Under the pieces are notes generated by a model that saw only the letters and a program-made list of their open reading frames with translations, had not been told where the DNA came from and did not search any database. From assembly GCA_958296135.2 (NCBI GenBank), contig CATQHZ020000001.1, forward strand, positions 1,568,001-1,632,000: a stretch of DNA of 64,000 nt, given 5' to 3'. Position 1 is the first letter of the stretch. Each line of letters starts with the position of its first letter. Below are positions 1 to 9,857 of the stretch, one piece after another. The translations under genes were made by a program, and so were the position numbers. Source of the DNA: an uncultured Poribacteria bacterium (GTDB lineage: Bacteria > Poribacteria > WGA-4E > WGA-3G).

Positions 1-120
1 TTTTCGGTGTCTCCTTTTGGTTGCTGTTGCTTATATTTTACCACATTTTGGGGTAAATGTCAAATTTTGAATCGCGGATTTTCAGGATGAGGGAATTTTG
101 AGGAGGCGAGCTGCCATTCA

Positions 121-400
121 CCGTAGCGCGAGGGAAAACCCGGCGATCGCGAATCGCCGAGGGTTCCCCTCGCGATCTCTCGATCGACACGAAAACGTCG
201 CCCCCCGGGCTCGGCTGTTTTCTGATGCGTTCAAGCACGGCGAGGCACAGGACCTCGCCCTACGGGAAAAGGGACGCGTGCGGCACGGCGAGGCACAGGA
301 CCTCGCCCTACGGGAAAAGGGGCGCGTGCGGCATGGCGGGGAAAGTCCCTCGCCCTATGGGCTGCGGGGCCGCTTTGCTTCCCCCCCCTCGCCCTACGGG
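121..400. repeat. REPIN-like cluster of GTAG-headed palindromes (GTAG-GGCGAGG..CCTCGCC / GTAG-CGCGAGGG family)
   Basis: Repeated ggcgaggcacaggacctcgccctac; 122-265 is the approximate reverse complement of the element at 9910-10035. Confidence 0.85.
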
Positions 401-475
401 AAAAGGGATAATCCTGAGAATCCTGATTCAGATTTCCCTTTCCTAATTCTGCAAATTCTGTTATCATTAACCTCC

Positions 476-1846
476 ATGAAAACCTTCACGATGATTTTTC
501 TCTGCTGTGTCGCGCTGCTACTCACAGGGTGTGGGATATCCACCACAAAACCAAGTGTAAGAACGGACTTCCATGTCCGCCCGCATGCAAACCTACGGGC
601 TGAAATCGATGGCGTTTTGCAAGATGCACTCTTCACGTCGGCGCACATCGCGATAAAGGTTGTCACTGTCAAAACGGGAGAGGTGCTTTATGCGAAAAAC
701 GTCCGTAAATTACACCACCCCGCCTCAACGATGAAACTCATCACGGCGGCGGCGGCTTTGGCGAAACTGGGGGCTGCCTATCGGTTTGAAACGACGCTTT
801 ATGCCGATGCAATCGCCGATGGGCGCGTGGCAGGGAACGTCTACCTCAAAGGCAAGGCAGACCCGGTTCTCCAAGAAGGCGAGTTGGCGGAAATGGTTAA
901 TGCTTTACGCGATGCTGGTGTTCAATCGGTCTCCGGCGGCATCGTCGTTGATGAGACGTATCTTGACGCTGTCCGGGAAGGCCCAGGATGGATGTGGGAC
1001 GATAAGCCGTTAGGGTTGAGCACGCTAGCTATCCGAGGCAGCGCAGTTAAGGATAGAGCCCTCGCCTGCGGCACTATGCTGAAGGAGATGCTGCAGCAAG
1101 AAGGCATCGTTGTCAATGGCGAGGTATCACACGGGACTGTGCCATCAGGTGCCATCACTATTGTCGCGCATCTATCGCCGCCGCTGGCGGAGATCCTCAA
1201 GTTGATGAACAAGCCGAGTGATAACACTATCGCCGAGTTGATTTTCAAAACCCTCGGCGCGGAGGTGAAGAGTGAACCGGGGACGTGGCAAAAGGGGAGT
1301 CAGGTGGTTGGCGAATTTTTGGAGGAAATAGTTCTCCTGAGTCGCGACCGGGGGTTTATCCTAAATCGAGACCGGGAGGTCTCTCCTACCGAAGAACATC
1401 AAGACCGGGGGGTTCTCCTGAGTCAAGACCGGGAGGTCTCTCCTACCGAAGAACATCAAGACCGGGGGGCACGCCTACAGTTTCGGATTGTTGATGGCTC
1501 GGGGCTCTCTCGCTACAACCTTATCACGGCGGAGTTGCTGACAGACTTGCTCGTCGCTGTCTACAACGATTTTGAACTGATGCCGGAGTATGTGGCCTCA
1601 CTGCCGATTGCCGGCGTTGACGGGACGTTGGAGAATCGGATGAAGGGGATGCGCGCCGAAAAGGTGCTCCGCGCGAAGACAGGCACCTTAAGCGGTGTCT
1701 CCACGCTGGCGGGCTATACCGTCACGGCGGACGGCGAGGTGTTGGCGTTCTGCATCCTCATCAGTCACTATGTTGGCCCGGCGGCACCCGCGCGGCGCGT
1801 CCAAGATGAAATCGGGAATTGTTTGACGCGGTGGAGCCGGGACTGA
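476..1846 (+). CDS. dacB: D-alanyl-D-alanine carboxypeptidase/endopeptidase (peptidase S13, PBP4 family), lipoprotein
   Basis: Lipobox LLTGC; SxxK (PASTMK), SDN, DGSGLSR and KTGT motifs. Start moved to ATG 476 because the upstream ORF extension is translated REP DNA. Confidence 0.92.
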   Translation: MKTFTMIFLCCVALLLTGCGISTTKPSVRTDFHVRPHANLRAEIDGVLQDALFTSAHIAIKVVTVKTGEVLYAKNVRKLHHPASTMKLITAAAALAKLGAAYRFETTLYADAIADGRVAGNVYLKGKADPVLQEGELAEMVNALRDAGVQSVSGGIVVDETYLDAVREGPGWMWDDKPLGLSTLAIRGSAVKDRALACGTMLKEMLQQEGIVVNGEVSHGTVPSGAITIVAHLSPPLAEILKLMNKPSDNTIAELIFKTLGAEVKSEPGTWQKGSQVVGEFLEEIVLLSRDRGFILNRDREVSPTEEHQDRGVLLSQDREVSPTEEHQDRGARLQFRIVDGSGLSRYNLITAELLTDLLVAVYNDFELMPEYVASLPIAGVDGTLENRMKGMRAEKVLRAKTGTLSGVSTLAGYTVTADGEVLAFCILISHYVGPAAPARRVQDEIGNCLTRWSRD

Positions 1847-1908
1847 TAGGCGCGCTTTCCAAGCGCGCCTACGAGGGGCTGGCATACGTCGTAGATTTAG
1901 AGGGAAAT

Positions 1909-3069
1909 ATGAAAAACGTCGTTATCGTATCCGCAGTGCGCACCGCTGTTGGCAAAGCGGGGAGAGGAACATTGAAAGACACGCGCCCGGATGAGCTCGC
2001 CGCGGTCGCCCTTCGCGGTGCCGTTAAAAAACTTCCAGCCCTTGAGTTGGCAGCGATTGACGATGTCATCCTCGGCTGTGCCTCGCCGGAGGGACAGCAG
2101 GGCTACAACATCGCGCGAGTTGCCAGTTTACGCGCCGGATTACCCGTTTCTGTGCCGGCGATGACGCTCAATCGGTTCTGTGCATCCGGCTTGGAATCCA
2201 TCGCCATGGGTGCGGAGAGAATTCTGGCTGGGCGCGCGGAGGTAGTCCTCGCGGGCGGCGTGGAGAGCATGAGTCGCGTGCCGTTCGCCGCAAACCTCTC
2301 ACCGAATCCGTATTTGATGGAACACGCCCCGGCGGCATATATCAACATGGGATTGACAGCGGAAAACCTCGCGCAGAAATACTGCATTTCGCGCGAGGCA
2401 CAAGACGCGTTCGCCTTGGAGAGTCATCGCAAGGCGATTCGGGCGATTAACAAGGGCAAATTCAACGCCGAGATCGTGCCTGTCCCGGTAGGCAAGCTCT
2501 CAGAGAAACCCACACCTTATCCGTTTTTCACGACAGACGAAGGCGTGCGGCGAGATACGTCCTTGGAAGCGTTGGCATTGCTCAAACCTGTTTTCCGTGA
2601 AGACGGGACGGTGACCGCGGGCAACGCCTCACAGATGAGCGACGGTGCGGCGGCTGTCGTCCTGATGTCCGCCGAACGCGCGGAAGCCGAGGGCTATTCC
2701 CCTTTGGCGCGGTTTGTCAGTTACGCAACAGCGGGCGTGCCGCCGGAAATTATGGGAATCGGTCCCGTGCCTGCAATTCCGAAAGCACTCCACTCGGCAG
2801 GGTTAACGCTGGCTGATTTAGGCGTGATTGAACTGAACGAAGCGTTCGCCGTGCAGGCACTCGCTGTAATCCAGCAGGCACAATTGCCGGCAGAAAAGGT
2901 GAATCCGAATGGCGGCGCGATCGCGTTGGGGCATCCGCTCGGTTGTACCGGGACGAAACTGACAGCGACGCTCATCAACGAAATGCATCGGCGAAACTAC
3001 CGATACGGCATGGTGACGATGTGTGTCGGTGGAGGGATGGGGGCCGCTGGGATTTTTGAACGTTTGTAG
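1909..3069 (+). CDS. Acetyl-CoA C-acyltransferase (thiolase)
   Basis: NRFCASG, NEAFA, GHPLG and CVGGGMG thiolase motifs; RBS gaggga. Confidence 0.95.
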   Translation: MKNVVIVSAVRTAVGKAGRGTLKDTRPDELAAVALRGAVKKLPALELAAIDDVILGCASPEGQQGYNIARVASLRAGLPVSVPAMTLNRFCASGLESIAMGAERILAGRAEVVLAGGVESMSRVPFAANLSPNPYLMEHAPAAYINMGLTAENLAQKYCISREAQDAFALESHRKAIRAINKGKFNAEIVPVPVGKLSEKPTPYPFFTTDEGVRRDTSLEALALLKPVFREDGTVTAGNASQMSDGAAAVVLMSAERAEAEGYSPLARFVSYATAGVPPEIMGIGPVPAIPKALHSAGLTLADLGVIELNEAFAVQALAVIQQAQLPAEKVNPNGGAIALGHPLGCTGTKLTATLINEMHRRNYRYGMVTMCVGGGMGAAGIFERL

Positions 3070-3200
3070 CTCGGGATTGGCTGAACCGTTCCTCCATTAC
3101 GTAGCGCGGGGGCCTGTCCTCCGCGAGCCGCCTTGGTGGAAGCAACACGGCGAGGGCCAGACCCTCGCCCTACGGTGTTAAAATTTCTAAAGGAGAAAAC

Positions 3201-4205
3201 ATGCAAACTCACGTTTATTTTTCCATTGCTGGAGAAAATAGAATTGCCATCTACACGCTGGATGCCGCTAGCGGCGCGATTGAATTTCAGGAAGATATTG
3301 CAGTGAGCGGTTCTCCGGGGCCGCTGGCACTCTCGCCGTGCGGCGATTATCTTTACGCGGGGCTCCGCGCCAGCCGGGAAATCGCCAGTTTCCGCATCGA
3401 TGCAAACACCAAGCACCTCACTCACTTGCGCACTATTCAATTGGACGCAGATACGTGCTACATCGCGCCCGACAAAACGGGCAACTTTTTGCTCTCTGCC
3501 TATTACGGCGCGGGCAAGTTCACCGTGCACACAATCGGCAACGACAAAACCGTTCAAGGCGAACCTATCCAGACGGTGGAAACCGCGCCGCATGCACACT
3601 GCATCGAGACGGATGCATCAAACCGATACGTCTTCGTGCCGCACACCGTGCCACGGAATGCCATCTATCAGTTTCACTTCAACGAAGAGACTGGCCTGCT
3701 GACTGAAAATAGCACCGGGCACCTGCATCCGGATGAACCGATTGGCCCGCGCCACTACTGCTTGAATCCACACAAACCGATTCTTTATTGTTCCGATGAA
3801 CAAGGGTCGAGTGCCAGTGTTTATGAAGTTGATGAAATGAAGGGAAGTTTGTCGCATCTGCAGACGCTCTCCACGCTGCCTGCAGATTTTGATGGGGATA
3901 ACACCTGCGCGCAGATTCACATCACGCCGAACGCGAAGTTTCTCTACGTTTCTAACCGCGGGCACGACAGCATCGCCGGGTTCGCCATTGACGAAAAGAA
4001 CGGACAATTAACCGCGATTGGACACCAACAGACCGAACCGACACCGCGTGTTTTCAACATCGACGAGACGGGGAGTTTCCTATTCGCCGGTGGACTAGGT
4101 TCGGGGAAGTTGGCTACTTATCGCATTGATAGGCAAAGTGGGGAACTCTCGCCGCTTGCCACCTACGCCATCGGTGAAAATCCGATGTGGGTGCTTTTTT
4201 TGTGA
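3201..4205 (+). CDS. 6-phosphogluconolactonase-like beta-propeller lactonase
   Basis: PHAH, GPRH, LYVSNRGHDSI and PRVF motifs; RBS aaggag. Confidence 0.9.
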   Translation: MQTHVYFSIAGENRIAIYTLDAASGAIEFQEDIAVSGSPGPLALSPCGDYLYAGLRASREIASFRIDANTKHLTHLRTIQLDADTCYIAPDKTGNFLLSAYYGAGKFTVHTIGNDKTVQGEPIQTVETAPHAHCIETDASNRYVFVPHTVPRNAIYQFHFNEETGLLTENSTGHLHPDEPIGPRHYCLNPHKPILYCSDEQGSSASVYEVDEMKGSLSHLQTLSTLPADFDGDNTCAQIHITPNAKFLYVSNRGHDSIAGFAIDEKNGQLTAIGHQQTEPTPRVFNIDETGSFLFAGGLGSGKLATYRIDRQSGELSPLATYAIGENPMWVLFL

Positions 4206-4254
4206 TGGCGGGCTCGCAGCCGCGGTTGCAAACCGCGCCTACCGGATCCTACGT

Positions 4255-5262
4255 CTAACGTCCCGTTGAAATATCTTTGACCCACTCGCGATTTTCCTGA
4301 TACCATTGGACAAGTTCCATTATGCCTTGGCGAAACCTGACTTGCGGCCGCCATCCTAAAAGCCGTTCTGCTTTTCGGATGTCTGCCCAAGTCGCGCGGA
4401 CATCCGCCGGGTGAAACGGACGATGCTCAAGATTCGCCTTTTTACCGACGAGCTCCTCTATGAGACGAATTGTGTCAATCAGCACAATCGGACTATCCGA
4501 GCCGAGGTTGATAATCTCGTGACCGATCGGTTTTAACCCGGCGATGACCCCGCGCGCAATATCTTCGACGTACGTGTAATCGCGCGACGATTGCTTCCCG
4601 TCGCCATAAACGGTAACCGGCTCTCCCTCGCTGATCCACTTCACAAATCGGAACGCGCTCATATCTGGCCGCCCTGCAGGCCCGTAGACGGTAAAGAAGC
4701 GAAAAATCGTCGTGTCAATGTCGTAGAGATGATGGTAACTGTGGCAAAGTGCCTCCGCGCCTTTTTTGGAGGCAGCATAAGGCGAAAGCGGTCCGTCCGT
4801 GTTCGCATCCTCGCTGAACGGAAGAGCGTTGTTCGCACCGTAGAGGCTGGAAGTGGAAGCCAACACAAATTTTTTGATACCAAACTCACGGCACAATTCC
4901 AGCAGATTCAGTGTGCCGGTTACGTTCGTATCGACGTAGACCCACGGGTTCTCCACGGATTGCCGCACGCCGGCGCGTGCCGCGAGGTTAATCACCGCGT
5001 CAAAATCCACCCGTTTGAATATGTCGTTCAGCGCGTCTCTGGCGCAGATGTCCAGCCGATGAAATTGGAAGATGCCCCGTTCCTGTAGCGCGTGATCTCC
5101 CGATCTCGCAGTCTGCAGTTCATTGAGCCGCCACGTTTTGACCGTGGTATCGTAAGCGTCGTTGAGATTATCCACGCCGATGACGGTATGCCCATCGGCG
5201 AGCAAAAACTCGGTCACTTTCCAACCGATGAAGCCCGCACAGCCAGTGACAAGATATTTCAT
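4255..5262 (-). CDS. NAD-dependent nucleotide-sugar epimerase (UDP-glucuronate 4-epimerase-like)
   Basis: TGCAGFIG, NLAARAGVR, YAASK and FFTVYGPAGRPDM motifs. Confidence 0.92.
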   Translation of the reverse strand: MKYLVTGCAGFIGWKVTEFLLADGHTVIGVDNLNDAYDTTVKTWRLNELQTARSGDHALQERGIFQFHRLDICARDALNDIFKRVDFDAVINLAARAGVRQSVENPWVYVDTNVTGTLNLLELCREFGIKKFVLASTSSLYGANNALPFSEDANTDGPLSPYAASKKGAEALCHSYHHLYDIDTTIFRFFTVYGPAGRPDMSAFRFVKWISEGEPVTVYGDGKQSSRDYTYVEDIARGVIAGLKPIGHEIINLGSDSPIVLIDTIRLIEELVGKKANLEHRPFHPADVRATWADIRKAERLLGWRPQVRFRQGIMELVQWYQENREWVKDISTGR

Positions 5263-5265
5263 GAA

Positions 5266-5808
5266 TTAACGTTCTCCTTCAAAGGTTGCCAAAAGCGCGT
5301 CGGTCTCCGTTTTGAGTTCGGCGTAAACTTTCGGTTTAAAATCCGCTTTTCGGTGGAAGACAAGAATGCCTTTCGGCGAGATGAGATAGAGGTTCGGCTT
5401 CTCCTTCTCTGTCTGATACCGTTCATGCACACTTCCCTTCCAATCCATCAGGAACGTGACAGGCGGCGGATTTTTCCTCAACTGGTTCCGGATGAACCAC
5501 TTCGGGATAAAGCCGGGCACGCTCCGCAAATCGGCGACAATATAGGCGACAACCCGTTTATCTTCCGCGTAATCTTCCTGAAATGCCGCCGCCCATTTAT
5601 CGTCTTCCTTACGGATTTTTCGGTTGCCCATGATGAGAAAGACCACTTTGCCGCGGCGTTTCTCAAGGCTATGCGATTTCTCTTCGGCATCTTCCAGCGT
5701 AAATAAGGGTGCCTCGTCGCCGATTTTTGGCGGTTTCGTCTCCGTTTTTTCCTCAGCGAAACTGAACAGCGCGATGCTAATGAAAGCGAAGAGCCAGAGT
5801 TGTTTCAT
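5266..5808 (-). CDS. Secreted thioredoxin-fold (AhpC/TSA-like) protein lacking catalytic Cys
   Basis: Signal peptide; IGDEAPLFTLED and PNLYLISPKG motifs; no CxxC. Confidence 0.75.
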   Translation of the reverse strand: MKQLWLFAFISIALFSFAEEKTETKPPKIGDEAPLFTLEDAEEKSHSLEKRRGKVVFLIMGNRKIRKEDDKWAAAFQEDYAEDKRVVAYIVADLRSVPGFIPKWFIRNQLRKNPPPVTFLMDWKGSVHERYQTEKEKPNLYLISPKGILVFHRKADFKPKVYAELKTETDALLATFEGER

Positions 5809-5892
5809 GTGGAGTTCCTCCTGCGTGCTATTTTTCTATGCGGCATTTTAACATAATTGGCAGGACTATGTCAAGTTTAGTCGTTTCCGTAT

Positions 5893-6060
5893 TGAGACGC
5901 AGGAGGTCTCGCCTACCGGGAGGGGAGTCGAGACGCGGGAGCATCGAGACGCAGGAGGGGCATCGAGACGCAGGAGGTCTCTCCTACAAGGGGAAGGCAT
6001 CGAGACCAGGAGGTCTCTCCTACGGGGAGAAGACACTGAGACGCGGGAGGTCTCTCCTAC
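5893..6060. repeat. Tandem REP cluster (GTAGGAGAGACCTCC..GTCTCGAT family)
   Basis: Four or more copies of gagac(g/c)..ggaggtctc(t/g)cctac plus half copies. Confidence 0.85.
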
Positions 6061-6290
6061 AAGAAGACCTGGATGTCTATAGACTTTTGGAATCAATAGG
6101 GCTCAAGGGCTGTAGGACCTTAATGTTCTTTCATTGCACGTCTCTCCAAACGGCGTACCGAATTTTCTTGAAAAAAAGCAAGTTTTCTGCTAGAATTAAT
6201 CAGAATCGCGAAAATAGCACTCTGAACGCGCGAAATGTGCCGAAAAATCGTAAAAATAACGCCAAAAGTTAGATTCATTGAAAAAAAGAT

Positions 6291-6319
6291 TTGCAATGAA
6301 AATAAATTTGTGGTATAAT
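6291..6319 (+). promoter_or_regulatory. Sigma70-type promoter with extended -10
   Basis: TTGCAA-17 nt-TATAAT with TG at the extended -10 position. Confidence 0.7.
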
Positions 6320-6375
6320 TTACGTTGATTGTCATCACAACGGCCTTTCAAAACTCTATCTAAAGAGGGACGAAC

Positions 6376-6516
6376 ATGCAGAACGCACGCACCGATCGTA
6401 ACACCAAAAGACGATATGCTCCGCGCGACACCGACTTCTTCGGCTGCACCGCGCGGCGAGTCTTCGCGCCTGCATTAACCCTATCGCCCCCCCCCTACAG
6501 CCGCAGGGCTTCCTAA
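6376..6516 (+). CDS. Putative 46-aa leader peptide/uORF (MQNARTDRNTKRRY...LSPPPYSRRAS)
   Basis: RBS aagaggga; open frame from ATG 6376 to TAA 6516; C9 tract encodes PPP. Confidence 0.5.
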   Translation: MQNARTDRNTKRRYAPRDTDFFGCTARRVFAPALTLSPPPYSRRAS

Positions 6517-6537
6517 GCTTACCAGTTTACAACGTAG

Positions 6538-6612
6538 TGCCGATAGTGACAATCGGCAGGTTTTTCGTGCCCCGTTCGTCTTCTGTCTCATACGGAGGAT
6601 GCACGGGTTTTT
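6538..6612 (+). terminator. Two hairpins followed by U-rich runs (attenuator or terminator candidates)
   Basis: tgccgat..atcggca then ggttttt; cccgt-tcgtcttctgt..acggaggatgc-acggg then tttttg. Confidence 0.5.
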
Positions 6613-6773
6613 GCGTTGGGCGTTCTGTTTTTTCTCGGTGCGGCTGTCGGTGCGTTGCGCGTGCCTAACGGAATGCCGGTGAGGTGGGGCAAAACGAGTT
6701 GTGAGAAAATGAACGTGGGCAAAGCCGTTTTTGAAAGGCGGCTGCCCATAATGGATCTGGAGGTAAACGAACG

Positions 6774-7943
6774 ATGAAATGGTTAAATTTCCTTCTTGCT
6801 ATATACTTTTGTGCCGGTATCGGGCCGGCTCATGCGCAAACTTCTCTGGGGGACGCGAATGCCACGTCCTCGCTGATTTTCCCTCGGGCTTTTCTAAAAG
6901 AGCAGGAGGATCGGCAGAAAGAAGGCGATTCCGCCAAAGGGGGTGCCCCGGGCGATAATCGCCAAGTCATGCCCCCCGGGGATTCAGAAACCCCTGTGCC
7001 CTCTGACAATGGGGGAACTCCTGTGCCCTCTGACAATGGGGGAACTCCTGTGCCCTCTGACAATGGGGGAACTCCTGTGCCCTCTGACAATGGGGGAACT
7101 CCTGTGCCCTCTGACAATGGGGGAACTATCGAATTCAACACGGTTGATGGCAGCGTGAAAGGCAGCTATTTTTTTCACGCGAAAGATAGTCCGTGGAGAG
7201 GCGGTCTTGAACTTCAAGGGAAGGCGATAAATGGCTACGCAAGCCTCTTCGCGAGTCAGGATATTTCATCCGACGCGGGGGTTCATGCCTTCGTTATCTA
7301 TTCGCCATCTGTTAACCACTGGTTGCTGGCGAGAGGCGGCTACCGTCATGGCGAGTATAAATTCGTTAAACTTGAATCTGGTGGCACAGTTCCTGTTGGA
7401 ATTCGGGAAGAGAAACTGCACGGTCCGTCTGCCTTTTTGCACTACAACGCGTTATGGCGTAAACAAGTCTTAACTGGATTCGCTGTGGGATACGCCCGCC
7501 AGAGTAACTATAGAGCACTCCCCCAGGTTGAAGTGACTACCGCGACACCTGCGCCATCGGGCTCAACGATGCCGACTGTGGAAAAGACCTCCATAGCCCG
7601 CGATGGGGACTATGAAACGTTTGGAACGGTGAGCGGTCACGCCGATCTGATCTGGGTTCCTCAACGCAGCAAGCACACGGCTGGTTTAGGTGTGTTTTTG
7701 CGTTATACTCGGCAGTTCAGTGAAACCCGTAGGCATCGGGTGGAACCCGGGGCAGGTCTCTTCTATTTAGGGGATCTGACTGAGAAGAATGGTGATCCGG
7801 AGAAGAATAGTTCTACGAAAGCAGAACCCGAGGAAAACTTTTTTTCAAAAATCACGGGTGGCATCACGGTGCAATGGAGGCAAGATCCGGAAACTGGAAG
7901 ATACGATCTCAGATTCGGGCTCGTCACGGGTTACAACTTTTGA
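6774..7943 (+). CDS. Secreted protein, probable outer-membrane beta-barrel with TPVPSDNGG repeats
   Basis: Signal peptide ending AHA; amphipathic beta-strands; C-terminal beta-signal FGLVTGYNF; RBS ggagg. Confidence 0.7.
   Translation: MKWLNFLLAIYFCAGIGPAHAQTSLGDANATSSLIFPRAFLKEQEDRQKEGDSAKGGAPGDNRQVMPPGDSETPVPSDNGGTPVPSDNGGTPVPSDNGGTPVPSDNGGTPVPSDNGGTIEFNTVDGSVKGSYFFHAKDSPWRGGLELQGKAINGYASLFASQDISSDAGVHAFVIYSPSVNHWLLARGGYRHGEYKFVKLESGGTVPVGIREEKLHGPSAFLHYNALWRKQVLTGFAVGYARQSNYRALPQVEVTTATPAPSGSTMPTVEKTSIARDGDYETFGTVSGHADLIWVPQRSKHTAGLGVFLRYTRQFSETRRHRVEPGAGLFYLGDLTEKNGDPEKNSSTKAEPEENFFSKITGGITVQWRQDPETGRYDLRFGLVTGYNF
6993..7127 (+). repeat. Perfect 27-bp tandem repeat x5 (in-frame VNTR)
   Basis: cctgtgccctctgacaatgggggaact x5. 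Confidence 0.95.
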
Positions 7944-8236
7944 TCCCGCTCGCACCGCGCAGTAATTCACAACAGGCACGAATTTTGGAACGTTTCCAAT
8001 TTACGGGAGGTCCTGCACCGCTGAAAGGCAACCGCAACCTCCCGCCGTAACCCCAGACACGTTGTCTGGTAACGCAACGCGATTAATTGTCTGAATCCGC
8101 GATTCAGACAACCGAACACCCGGGCAAGCACACGAGCCTGCCCACAACTACAACAACGTAAGGGCGGATGTCTCTATCCGCCCTCTTCAGTAGGAGGGAC
8201 CTCCTGGTCCCGATACACAACAAGGAGAAATCCATC

Positions 8237-9844
8237 ATGAAAACATTAACGCTTTTTACCTTAACGCTGCTGTTAACCGCGGCGATGGCACTGCCACCCG
8301 CCACCGCCCAAGAATACGTCCATACCGACACCTTGGAAGGGCATACGCAATTTGTCTATGGGCTAGCCTTCAAGGGTAACGGGACGCTTATCAGTGGGAG
8401 TAATGACGAAACCCTCCGCGCCTGGAATGTTACCACCGGACAGCAACGCTGGAGCAAGGATGTCGGCAATCAGGTCCTCGCCGTTGCCCTCCCCTCGCAT
8501 GACCCAGACTTCATCGCCTATGGTGGACTTACGAATTATAACATTCGGATGCGCTATAGTGACGATGGCGACTGGCGCGGCGATGTGGCGGGGCATACAG
8601 GCGCTGTCTTTAGCCTCGCCTTCAAGCCGAACAGTTATCTGCTGGCGAGTGGGAGTAAGGACGACACCATCCGCATCTGGGACGTGGGTGACGTAAACAA
8701 CCTGCGGCATGTGCGCACGCTGCGCGGCCACACGGGTAATGTCATCTCGGTGGCGTGGAGCCCTGATGGGAGCACGCTGGCGAGTGCAAGTGATGATGGC
8801 ACGGTACGGTTGTGGAATCCGAACAACGGCATCAACTTCGCCGTGCTGCGGGGGCATACGGAGACTGTCAACAGCGTGGCGTGGAGTCCGGACGGTAGCA
8901 TCCTTGCGAGTGGGAGTCATGACACCACCATCCGCCTCTGGAATCCGGACACGCACGGCACCCGGCGCGTGCTGCGGGGACACACCGCGGTTGTCTATTC
9001 CTTAGCGTTTCATCCAAACGGACAGACGCTGGCGAGTGGGAGTGATGACCGCACCATCCGTTTGTGGAACCCAAACACCGGCACCCACAAAGCCACCCTC
9101 ACGGGATACGCTGATGCAATCAATGGGTTAGCCTTCTCGCCGAACGGACAGACTCTCGCCGGTCGGGGGGCTAAGCAAACAGACATCAATTTGTGGCGGT
9201 TGCTGTCGGTGGATGTCACGGGGAATGGCAGTGTCACCCGGGCGGATATCCGCGCCGTCGCAGATAACTACGGCAAAACCGTCGCCGGTGGTGCAAACCG
9301 CCGTGCAGATGTCAACAACGATGGGAAGGTTGACATTGACGATCTCATCTTGGTGGCAAAGGCAGTGGATGCGGCAGCGGCTGCGCCGGCAATTGCAAAG
9401 GGAGACATCGAGACCGGGAGGGCTCTCCTACGGGCGGCGGATGTCAAGCAGTGGATTCGTGATGCGAAGGATGCAAACGCAGACCCGGCGGGCATTGCTG
9501 CCTTGGAGCGGCTGTTGGCAACGCTCAGTAGGAGGGACCTACCGGTCCCGAAAAAGACAGTCCTGCTTGCCAACTATCCGAATCCGTTTAACCCGGAAAC
9601 GTGGATACCGTATCAATTGGCAGAGGCAGCGGAGGTTACCGTCACGATCCACGCGTCAGATGGGAAACTGGTGCGCACGCTGGCGTTAGGGCAGTTGCCA
9701 GCGGGTGTGTATCAGACGCAGGCCCGCGCCGCGTATTGGGATGGCCGTAATGCGCAAGGAGAACCTGTTGCGAGCGGCGTGTATTTCTACACGCTGCAGG
9801 CCGGTGATTTCATCGCAACGAAGAAGATGGTGATAAGGAAATAG
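8237..9844 (+). CDS. Secreted WD40-repeat protein with dockerin-like and C-terminal FlgD/Ig-like domains
   Basis: Signal peptide; about 7 GH..WD/WN repeats; DVTGNG..DVNNDG dockerin; NYPNPFNPETWIPY..GVYFYTL tail. Confidence 0.9.
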   Translation: MKTLTLFTLTLLLTAAMALPPATAQEYVHTDTLEGHTQFVYGLAFKGNGTLISGSNDETLRAWNVTTGQQRWSKDVGNQVLAVALPSHDPDFIAYGGLTNYNIRMRYSDDGDWRGDVAGHTGAVFSLAFKPNSYLLASGSKDDTIRIWDVGDVNNLRHVRTLRGHTGNVISVAWSPDGSTLASASDDGTVRLWNPNNGINFAVLRGHTETVNSVAWSPDGSILASGSHDTTIRLWNPDTHGTRRVLRGHTAVVYSLAFHPNGQTLASGSDDRTIRLWNPNTGTHKATLTGYADAINGLAFSPNGQTLAGRGAKQTDINLWRLLSVDVTGNGSVTRADIRAVADNYGKTVAGGANRRADVNNDGKVDIDDLILVAKAVDAAAAAPAIAKGDIETGRALLRAADVKQWIRDAKDANADPAGIAALERLLATLSRRDLPVPKKTVLLANYPNPFNPETWIPYQLAEAAEVTVTIHASDGKLVRTLALGQLPAGVYQTQARAAYWDGRNAQGEPVASGVYFYTLQAGDFIATKKMVIRK

Positions 9845-9857
9845 GAAAACGCGCCGC

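Noticed and set aside
98-475. N-terminal extension of the dacB ORF
   Set aside because: It is translated REP DNA; the lipoprotein signal starts at 476.
2484-2520. Possible REP remnant in a thiolase loop (ccggtaggc)
   Set aside because: Only the head matches and there is no hairpin; the loop is naturally variable.
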